From: Nanobdellota archaeon
GTDB taxonomy: Archaea; Nanobdellota; Nanobdellia; Pacearchaeales; GW2011-AR1
Reading direction: 5' to 3'
Assembly: GCA_030698805.1 (NCBI GenBank)
Contig: JAUYMA010000008.1
Span: 22,266-86,265 of the forward strand
Length of the DNA stretch: 64,000 nucleotides
The notes below the pieces were generated by a model. The model worked only from the letters and a program-made list of their open reading frames with translations, ran no database searches and was not told where the DNA came from. The position numbers and the translations under genes were made by a program. Positions 57,012-64,000 of this stretch are shown here, piece by piece (position 1 is the stretch's first letter; each line of letters begins with the position of its first letter).

Positions 57012-57959
57012 TTGAGATGTTTTATGGAAAAGGACACTAAAATATATGTGGCAGGGCATACGGGCCTTGCAGGTTCTGCAATTGTTAGAGAGCTTCAGAG
57101 ACAAGGCTTTACTAATCTTGTATTAAGAACTCATTCCCAATTAGATTTGAGAGATCAAAAAGCAACCAGAGAATTCTTCGAGCAAGAAAGACCTGAATAT
57201 GTTTTTGATGCCGCTGCTAAAGTGGGGGGATTGCAAGCCAATAATACCTTGAGAGCAGAATTTATTTATGATAACCTGCAAATACAGGCCAATCTCATAC
57301 ATTCTGCTTGGGAGACTGGCGTCAGAAAATTATTATTTTTAGGCACTAACTGTATGTATCCTCGGGAATGCCCTCAGCCGATGAAAGAAGAGTTTCTTTT
57401 TACAGGAATTTTAGAGCCGACAAATCAACCTTATGCAGTTGCTAAATTAGCAGGCCTGGAAATGTGCAATGCTTATAATCGTCAATTTGGAGCTAATTTT
57501 ATATGTACTATTCCGGCCAGCTTATATGGTCCAAATGATAATTATTCCATTGCGAGTTCTCATATGATTCCTAAATTGATTAGAAGATGCCACGAAGCTA
57601 AATTTTCTGGCAAGGGAGAGATAACTTTGGAAGGGAGCATGAATAGAATGCGAGAAATGCTTTATGCGGATGACATGGCTAGAGGCTGTTTATTTTTAAT
57701 GGATAATTACAACAGTTCTGATCCTATAAATATGGGGGCAGGCATAGACTATCCTATTGCAAATTTGGCCGAAGCAGTTAAAAATGCTGTTGGATTTGAA
57801 GGAATTATAAAATTTGATCCTAGCCATCCAGATGGTATGCCGAGAAAATTCTTAGACAGCAGCAAGATTAGCGCCCTCGGATGGAAACCTCAAGTGAGTC
57901 TTGAATCAGGATTAAATTTAGCTTACCGAGAATTTCTTGGCAATCAGGCAGCAGCATAA
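57012..57959 (+). CDS. fcl: GDP-L-fucose synthase (GDP-4-keto-6-deoxymannose 3,5-epimerase/4-reductase)
   Basis: [19 protein letters not shown]; AAKVGG; YAVAKLAG (Y-x3-K); length 315. Confidence 0.85.
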   Translation: MRCFMEKDTKIYVAGHTGLAGSAIVRELQRQGFTNLVLRTHSQLDLRDQKATREFFEQERPEYVFDAAAKVGGLQANNTLRAEFIYDNLQIQANLIHSAWETGVRKLLFLGTNCMYPRECPQPMKEEFLFTGILEPTNQPYAVAKLAGLEMCNAYNRQFGANFICTIPASLYGPNDNYSIASSHMIPKLIRRCHEAKFSGKGEITLEGSMNRMREMLYADDMARGCLFLMDNYNSSDPINMGAGIDYPIANLAEAVKNAVGFEGIIKFDPSHPDGMPRKFLDSSKISALGWKPQVSLESGLNLAYREFLGNQAAA

Positions 57960-58981
57960 CTTTTAGTAGATTTATTCTCTCTTCTCCATTTCTCATATTC
58001 TCTCTCATATTCAAGTTCCACCCATTTTCCTTTATAACCTTTCACTCCTAAAACTGCTAAACTCTTAAGGAGAAGATTATTAGGGGCCCAGATATGGGGG
58101 CTTTCTGAGATTCTATTATTTGGCCCTAAATAAGGCCGAGTATAGGAAGGAGAAAAAGGCTTTGGAATTCCTTCTTCAATCCTCACTTGATAAACCGAAG
58201 GATCTTCAAGAACATCACCGAAAAACTTATTTTCTAATTTTGAAAGATTGATAACATAAGATTCCCTATTAAAATGAAGAAAGCCTGATTCTCTGGCTAA
58301 TCCTTCTGCATCTAGTGGAATAACTTCTGTAGAAGAGAAAGGTATTCTTCTAATGTGGGATACGTTCAAAACTGTGAGAGATTCGTATGTAAAATCTATA
58401 TTGGCCCTCATTGTAAAAAGAAGGTTTCCTCCCCCATATACTTCTAGAGTATCTCTACCTGGAAGAGTCTCAAAGGGCACTACCAAAGAAGGAATTTTTA
58501 ATCCTAAATTTTTAGCAGCTTCTAAAGTAATATCCTTGGCGTCTTCTGGAACAATAAGACGTGGATTTACCTCTCTCGTGATAAATAAGCATTCCTCTGC
58601 TCCCTCTCGCAAGCCTGCCTGGTTTATGCCTTCCTCACTATAAGCATCTTCTTTACTTTGAAGAAAACCTGAATAAATGCCATGATAGAACTTATGATTG
58701 GGGGCTTTTGCATCTCGTCTGGAGCAAACTAAATGATCGTCTTTTAAGACATAACAGATACCTGCTGCTGGAGAACTAATTGGATTATTTATATTTGCTA
58801 TTTGGGCATTTCTTTTTGCTTTTAAATTACTGAAAACTTCAAGACCAAATTCTAAATTTTCTCCCAAACGTTTCTCTAACATCTCTGGATTTCTTGGATA
58901 GAATAGTCTTACTAATACATCCCCCTCAGCGTTTACATGTGCCTCTGCCTTATGAATCTTAAAAAGGGATATTTCTGGCAT
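57944..58981 (-). CDS. hypothetical protein (345 aa), no recognisable motif
   Basis: ORF with Ala/Gly/Arg/Pro-rich composition unlike the core genes; sits between fcl and the DegT gene. Confidence 0.4.
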   Translation of the reverse strand: MPEISLFKIHKAEAHVNAEGDVLVRLFYPRNPEMLEKRLGENLEFGLEVFSNLKAKRNAQIANINNPISSPAAGICYVLKDDHLVCSRRDAKAPNHKFYHGIYSGFLQSKEDAYSEEGINQAGLREGAEECLFITREVNPRLIVPEDAKDITLEAAKNLGLKIPSLVVPFETLPGRDTLEVYGGGNLLFTMRANIDFTYESLTVLNVSHIRRIPFSSTEVIPLDAEGLARESGFLHFNRESYVINLSKLENKFFGDVLEDPSVYQVRIEEGIPKPFSPSYTRPYLGPNNRISESPHIWAPNNLLLKSLAVLGVKGYKGKWVELEYEREYEKWRRENKSTKSYAAA

Positions 58982-58983
58982 GC

Positions 58984-60174
58984 TTATTTCTTGTTTTCAG
59001 CGAAGAATTTATGTAACACTTCAGATGCTTTCTCTAACTGCTCCGGCGTAGTATATTGATGCAGGCCAAAATGAATACCATAAGTGCCAACATACTCTGC
59101 TTCTGGAAACTCTCCGACCTTGTGCCCCATAAACTCAAAGGCCCGGTGTTGGGTAGGCATAGCTCCAAAATTTCTTTTTGCTTTTATATTAAGAACAGGA
59201 TTGTTATTCATAAAAGTATAGAGTTGAGCTATATCATATTGAGCAGGATCTTTTAGAGTTATTGTATATGCATGAGGACATATAACTTCATTCGGGCCTT
59301 CAATATTCATATGGGCAACACCTTGCAAATCTTTTGTGGCCTCCATCATCCAGTAAATATTTTGTTTCCTTACATTAAAAGTCTCCCAGAAATTTTCTAT
59401 AGCTGCGCGTCCAACTGCTGCCTCAAGATCATGCATTTTATAGTTTCCTCCTAATCTTTCATGATCGAAATACATAGAGCCATGCTTTCTACCATGATTC
59501 CTTATAGAGGCGGCTACTTCTGCTATTCTCCCATCATCTGTAGAGAGCATTCCACCCTCAACAGAACAGATTAAATGCGCAATATAACTGCTAAATGCTG
59601 CCATATGCCCCCATTTACCTATGAATTTGCCTTTGTAAGTTGCACCATGTGCCTCACATGCATCCTCAATTACATATAAATCGTGTCTATTGGCTATATC
59701 CATAATAGTATCCATCTCGCATGGCTTGCCCATTAAATGTACTGCCATAATCCCTCGAGTCTTATCGGTTATAGCTTCTTCTATCTTCCGCGGATTGATG
59801 GTTAATGTTTCTCTTTCAACATCTACAAAAACCGGTTTGAAACCTGCTTCTAAAATAGATTGCCCAGATGCTACAAAGGAAAGTGCTGGAACAATAATTT
59901 CATTATCTGCAAGATTTAGACTTCTGCGAGCTTTAGGATGAACATCAAATAAAGTTTTACATGCCACAATATCTGCACTAGTTCCGGAACTTAAGGCAAC
60001 GTTATGCTTGTAACCAAATATGTGGCCCCATTCTCTTTGGTAAGCCTCTACTTCAGGCCCTGCAGCAATAACATAATTTCTTTTAAGCACTTCTTTGATG
60101 TTTGCCTTTGCTCTTTCGCTAAATCTTAACTCTCCAAAATAAAGTGTATTTGGTTCGTCTGCTAGAGATCCCAT
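58984..60174 (-). CDS. DegT/DnrJ/EryC1/StrS-family PLP-dependent sugar aminotransferase/dehydratase
   Basis: Fold-type I AAT; SGTSADIVAC...NEIIVPALSFVASG and catalytic-Lys region consistent with the DegT family. Confidence 0.65.
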   Translation of the reverse strand: MGSLADEPNTLYFGELRFSERAKANIKEVLKRNYVIAAGPEVEAYQREWGHIFGYKHNVALSSGTSADIVACKTLFDVHPKARRSLNLADNEIIVPALSFVASGQSILEAGFKPVFVDVERETLTINPRKIEEAITDKTRGIMAVHLMGKPCEMDTIMDIANRHDLYVIEDACEAHGATYKGKFIGKWGHMAAFSSYIAHLICSVEGGMLSTDDGRIAEVAASIRNHGRKHGSMYFDHERLGGNYKMHDLEAAVGRAAIENFWETFNVRKQNIYWMMEATKDLQGVAHMNIEGPNEVICPHAYTITLKDPAQYDIAQLYTFMNNNPVLNIKAKRNFGAMPTQHRAFEFMGHKVGEFPEAEYVGTYGIHFGLHQYTTPEQLEKASEVLHKFFAENKK

Positions 60175-60238
60175 AATAAGATTTTATAGAGAATACTTAT
60201 AAAGATTATGGTAATTGAATAGATTTTTCCTTATTTAA

Positions 60239-61828
60239 CTATTTGGCGCACTCTAATAATTTTCTCTTTGGTGTGATTGCATTCATTTCCTTAAACTTTC
60301 TTGCAGTATGATCTCCAAATTGACTGGCCACTCTTGCTAGGTAAGCAGGGTCACTAAAATATTTTACCATGGCACTATCCCTATAAGCAAGAACTTGCTC
60401 GGGAAGCAAGTGAGCTGTTGGAAGATTTAAGGTATTGTAACCGTGTTGAGAATATCCTATCCATCCTGGGCCGCCTTTATGAGTATCTTCAGGTAATAAA
60501 GGTCTTGAATTATCCCATCCTTGAGGGAGAGGATATTTTCCTTCGGTAGCCATCCTATGCAAGCCGGATCCGGGATAAGCCATTGCGCTATAAAAATTAG
60601 GACGCTCGCACTTTAGTTCAACAGCAAGATCGTAAGTTTGCTGCATTGTCTCTTGGTTGTCATCGGGAAGGCCAAAAATGTAATTTCCCACTATATAAAT
60701 GCCATGATCTTGAATTGCTTTTACTACTTTCATCATATCACTTTCTACGAACCTGCCTTTGTCAACCCCATCTCTTACGTGCTTGCTACCTGACTCTATT
60801 CCTAAAGCAAGCCAGTTAAATCCGGCTCTTTTTAAAATCTCAAGATTGCCTTCTTTTACAGTATCCACTCTCGCATATGCCCAAGTATTGAGAGAGTCTC
60901 CAAGGCCTCTCCCAATTATTTCTCTAGCTATAGCGGTGTAATGTCTTTGATCAAAAACAAACATCTCATCAATTATTTTTAGATTTAATCTTCTTTGAGG
61001 AGTCGCCCCATGCATTCTTGCAACTTCTTCTATTTCGTCAACTACAAGTTTAGGATCTCGATTTCTTATTTTATTTTTCACTAATCCGCCTTCATTAAAA
61101 GGAGCGTTTATGCAACAAAAATCACAGTTAAAAAAGCAACCAAAACCCGTATATATGGACATATAAGGCTGCCTTTGATCTAAGTCCTCTAAGCAGTGCC
61201 AGTCATGTGCCCTATAATCTTTTATTGGTAAAAGATCCCAAGCGGCTCTTTTGAAAGAAGCATTTAATTCTCCAGGTTCTAGCAATTTCATTGGGGCACC
61301 TTGCATAGCCTGACCATCTCTCATATACCAAAGTCCAGGTACTTTTTCTACATTTCCACTCTGAAGAAGTCCAAGAGTAGTGTGAAACCCATCTCCTCTT
61401 CCAACGTAATCTCCAGAATTTTCAAGCAAAGTCCTTTGTGGTAAAGCCGCAGGATGAGTTCCCGTAAGAAGAACTTTATGCCCTGCATCTAGTTCCTTGA
61501 GAGTTCTATTAAAAGTAGTCACCCAGTCCATTAATTGTGAAGAAGCGGAAGGGTGATTACCATGGACTTCAATTTGAATTAACCCTGGCTTTGTTTCATG
61601 CGCCCTTTTTGCGCTTTCTTCTGCTGACAATCCAAGAACATTTGATTCGAGAATTTCCACAGAATAGCCATTATTTCTGACAAATTCTGCTGTCAATGCT
61701 GCTCGATAAGGCGGCTCCAGGGCAGGATAATCCATCGCCTCTTGCGCCTGCTGGTAAACATTTGTAAAAGAAGGATGAACTAAAAGTAAGTCTAGGCTCT
61801 TATTCGGGGAAGTGTGAGGAGATGCCAT
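60239..61828 (-). CDS. B12-binding-domain radical SAM enzyme (class B, methyltransferase-like)
   Basis: N-terminal cobalamin-binding-like domain; radical SAM cluster CFFNCDFC (C-x3-C-x2-C). Confidence 0.7.
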   Translation of the reverse strand: MASPHTSPNKSLDLLLVHPSFTNVYQQAQEAMDYPALEPPYRAALTAEFVRNNGYSVEILESNVLGLSAEESAKRAHETKPGLIQIEVHGNHPSASSQLMDWVTTFNRTLKELDAGHKVLLTGTHPAALPQRTLLENSGDYVGRGDGFHTTLGLLQSGNVEKVPGLWYMRDGQAMQGAPMKLLEPGELNASFKRAAWDLLPIKDYRAHDWHCLEDLDQRQPYMSIYTGFGCFFNCDFCCINAPFNEGGLVKNKIRNRDPKLVVDEIEEVARMHGATPQRRLNLKIIDEMFVFDQRHYTAIAREIIGRGLGDSLNTWAYARVDTVKEGNLEILKRAGFNWLALGIESGSKHVRDGVDKGRFVESDMMKVVKAIQDHGIYIVGNYIFGLPDDNQETMQQTYDLAVELKCERPNFYSAMAYPGSGLHRMATEGKYPLPQGWDNSRPLLPEDTHKGGPGWIGYSQHGYNTLNLPTAHLLPEQVLAYRDSAMVKYFSDPAYLARVASQFGDHTARKFKEMNAITPKRKLLECAK

Positions 61829-61872
61829 ATCAGATTAGAGAGAGGGCTTTTTTTAAATTTATTTGTTTTCTA

Positions 61873-62418
61873 TTAACCATAGTGGAGATTTCCTTCTTCT
61901 ACTAAAAGAGTTGAACGATTGCTCGCAAGAGCTCTTGCATAAGCAGGCACAATCATTTCAGGAGTAGAAAGCTTTACTACATCCACATTATGCAACATTG
62001 TTCTAAATTGTTCAGTATAATCTTGGCAATGCTGAGCTCCTGGACTGAAAGGGATTGTACTGCCAACGACTGTTCTCATTATGACTTTTGGATTTAATCT
62101 TCCTTGTGATAATTCATGAATTTTATCCAAATGGTTGACTAATTGGTTTGCTGCTAAAAGGACAAAGTCGAATCTTGGGTAAATGGACACTGGGATATAT
62201 CCTCCTAAAGCCAGGCCTGTACAAATTCCCATTTGAGCCTCTTCCATTATTGGCAACTCTATTCTTCTTTCTAGAGGAATATCTTTTAGGGTTTTAAATG
62301 TGAATCTGCTTCCGGGAAATCCTACTGTCTGTCCAAGAAATACGGTTCTTTCATCTTGAGCCAACATTTCCATTGCCCTTTTTAATTCGGTGCAATAATT
62401 ATTTAGTTGATCCCCCAT
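61873..62418 (-). CDS. TPP-dependent enzyme, E1 beta / transketolase pyrimidine-binding-domain-like subunit
   Basis: 181 aa; ELPIMEEAQMGICTGLALGGYIPV resembles the E1-beta/transketolase Pyr domain; start abuts the alpha-like gene stop. Confidence 0.55.
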   Translation of the reverse strand: MGDQLNNYCTELKRAMEMLAQDERTVFLGQTVGFPGSRFTFKTLKDIPLERRIELPIMEEAQMGICTGLALGGYIPVSIYPRFDFVLLAANQLVNHLDKIHELSQGRLNPKVIMRTVVGSTIPFSPGAQHCQDYTEQFRTMLHNVDVVKLSTPEMIVPAYARALASNRSTLLVEEGNLHYG

Positions 62419-63155
62419 TAGAATCCAACCTCCTTACCTACTCCTTGATGAGGAACTTTATTGGCGTAGAAATAACGCACAGTATTTGATCTTCTGAGGG
62501 GGCTTATTCCATTCCATACTCTCTCAGTAGGAGTGTCCACGCTCATGCCGTTATATTCAACTACAAAAGTTACTGGCAAATTAAAGTTCTGGGCATATTT
62601 TGTTGTTTCTTCGAATATACCTGTCTCAGCAGCCATATCTCCGCAGAAAGCCCATACATGATCAAGAGATCCTTTTCTCTTGAGTGCCATAGCATATCCA
62701 ACTGCAATGGGAAGTTGCCCGCCAACTATGCCTGTAGTAAAAATTTTATAATCTGGATGCACAACTTCCATACTTCTACCCTGGAGAATGTTTGTCTTTA
62801 GCCAATCCCTCGGAACATCGTGCAATAATGCCTGCAAATGGTTTCTGTAGGAACCGAAGACCCAATCATTACTTTTAACTCCTTTAAATATTGGGCGAGA
62901 AGAATTGATAGAGTCATGAACTTCAATTTGCCCACTTTCCTGTAAAGCTTTTATGCCTTCAGGAGATAAGTCTATTCGAGACGAGTACTCGTAATCTCCT
63001 TCTCTTAATCCCCTAAATATTTTGATAAGAGGAATTTCATTTCCGCTAGAAAAATGCGCAGGGCCATTAATTTTTCCATCTAGATAAAGCGCGGCCATTT
63101 CTCTCTCGAATCCAATTAATAAATCTTTTACTCCAGTTAAATTTTCGAGATTCAT
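62418..63155 (-). CDS. TPP-dependent enzyme, E1 alpha-like (thiamine diphosphate-binding) subunit
   Basis: GIVGGQLPIAVGYAMALKRKGSLDHVWAFCGDMAAETGIFEE...NLPVTFVVEYNGMS matches the TPP-binding GDG-x25-30-N motif of PDH E1 alpha. Confidence 0.6.
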   Translation of the reverse strand: MNLENLTGVKDLLIGFEREMAALYLDGKINGPAHFSSGNEIPLIKIFRGLREGDYEYSSRIDLSPEGIKALQESGQIEVHDSINSSRPIFKGVKSNDWVFGSYRNHLQALLHDVPRDWLKTNILQGRSMEVVHPDYKIFTTGIVGGQLPIAVGYAMALKRKGSLDHVWAFCGDMAAETGIFEETTKYAQNFNLPVTFVVEYNGMSVDTPTERVWNGISPLRRSNTVRYFYANKVPHQGVGKEVGF

Positions 63156-63218
63156 TTTTTTATCAAAAAAAGGGTATATTTAAACATTCTTGCAAAAATT
63201 TACTTATGTCAGTAGTGA

Positions 63219-63899
63219 TCATTTTTTAGGATGATTTCTATATTCAAAATTATCAGTATACATTAAATAAGCATTTCTTGGTTTTCCTATTGGGGCAAAA
63301 GTAAAAGCATCTTGAAAACAGTGAGGAACGGATATTCCTTCGGCATGCCCCATAACTAATCCAGTTATGCCTTGGGCCATAGGCCTTCCTTGTTGAATAT
63401 CTTGCAAGGTATGAACTGCTAAGAGGCCTTCATTCGTAATCGACCTTCCCTGGCTGAGATTTTCTTTAACTAACTCCATAACTTTCCTCGGAACATTAAC
63501 TCTATATACGCTCTGGATAACATAAATCTGAGGTTTGTCTTCTGGTCCAGGATGATGCAATAAATAATCCTGGAAAGGCTCCATATCTAATAATGCTTCT
63601 CTGACTCTTCGAATATCGCTAGGCTTTGCAAAATTATGTTGTTGTAACGCTGCCATTTCTCCTTCTGCAGCTTTTTTGCCTGAAAATTCCTCTCCTATTT
63701 CCCTTCTGACTGTTTCTAGTGGAGAGACATCTGAATCCTTTCCTGCAAAATAATTACCCCCCAACACCTTCACTCTTCCTATCCAGTGTCTATTTTTACC
63801 AGGATATCCTGGATCGTATTTACCAAATAGAAACTCTCCAGTATTATCACATTTTACAAGCACCGTACTCGCATGATGGTTTAGAATTATCTTTCCCAT
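63219..63899 (-). CDS. hypothetical protein, possibly degenerate Nudix hydrolase
   Basis: LGGNYFAGKDSDVSPLETVRREIGEEFSG approximates the Nudix box (REIxEE..G) but spacing is imperfect. Confidence 0.3.
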   Translation of the reverse strand: MGKIILNHHASTVLVKCDNTGEFLFGKYDPGYPGKNRHWIGRVKVLGGNYFAGKDSDVSPLETVRREIGEEFSGKKAAEGEMAALQQHNFAKPSDIRRVREALLDMEPFQDYLLHHPGPEDKPQIYVIQSVYRVNVPRKVMELVKENLSQGRSITNEGLLAVHTLQDIQQGRPMAQGITGLVMGHAEGISVPHCFQDAFTFAPIGKPRNAYLMYTDNFEYRNHPKK

Positions 63900-64000
63900 A
63901 TAACTTGTTTAAAAAATATCCTTTTAAAGTTTTCTCAACCTTTTTGTAAAGGCTAGTGACAAAAATTTTGGCCTTACAAACTCTTCACTTTATCAACTAT

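Noticed and set aside
63219-63899. Confident Nudix hydrolase call
   Set aside because: REIGEEFSG is close to the Nudix box but the upstream G-x5-E-x7 spacing does not fit; reported only at low confidence.
1-64000. CRISPR arrays and rRNA genes
   Set aside because: No CRISPR-like short direct repeats with regular spacing and no 16S/23S/5S-like conserved stretches were seen; the only tandem repeats are inside coding regions (L11 tail, subtilase repeats, poly-G).

Overview
The window is an AT-rich archaeal chromosomal segment. Its protein and gene-order signature, small basic proteins, an intron-containing tRNA and remnants of lost biosynthesis suggest a small-genome, DPANN-like archaeon.

The left ~32 kb carries conserved informational and cell-division genes in typical archaeal neighbourhoods:
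- L37ae, RpoP and prefoldin beta, next to a SepF-like gene.
- tRNA-Pro.
- L11 and Spt5/NusG.
- aIF5A and L40e, overlapping by one nucleotide.
- An FKBP-type PPIase, FtsZ, SecE and a TatD-family hydrolase.
- L18e, L13 and S9.
- L21e, RpoF and a DUF655 protein.
- S13, S4, S11 and RpoD.

Interspersed are accessory and surface genes:
- A trio of paralogous pilin-like membrane proteins.
- An exosortase/archaeosortase-like small membrane protein beside a 676-aa surface protein.
- A 1337-aa subtilase mosaic with an alkaline-phosphatase-like domain and a Gly15 linker.
- A tRNA-Leu(UAA) carrying a 44-nt intron, next to a XerA-like recombinase and compositionally atypical orphan genes.
- A second tRNA-Leu(GAG), a cupredoxin and a standalone C-terminal fragment of GMP synthase.

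From ~32.4 kb to the window end lies a ~30 kb protein-glycosylation island. Its first six genes form an overlapping operon (AglB oligosaccharyltransferase, AglH-like GPT, Wzx-like flippase, GT2, GT-C, GT2, GT4). It also holds GDP-fucose genes (Gmd, Fcl), a heptose-type pathway (a nucleotidyltransferase-CBS-GHMP-kinase fusion and a GT9 heptosyltransferase, with a GmhB-like phosphatase at 12.3 kb) and a Kazal-like inhibitor domain protein. It ends with a compositionally atypical, bacterial-like sugar-tailoring module: a DegT aminotransferase, a B12-binding radical SAM enzyme and a split TPP-dependent E1 alpha/beta-like pair.

No rRNA genes or CRISPR arrays were seen. Two small conserved genes below the ORF-track threshold, RpoP and L40e, were recovered by hand translation.
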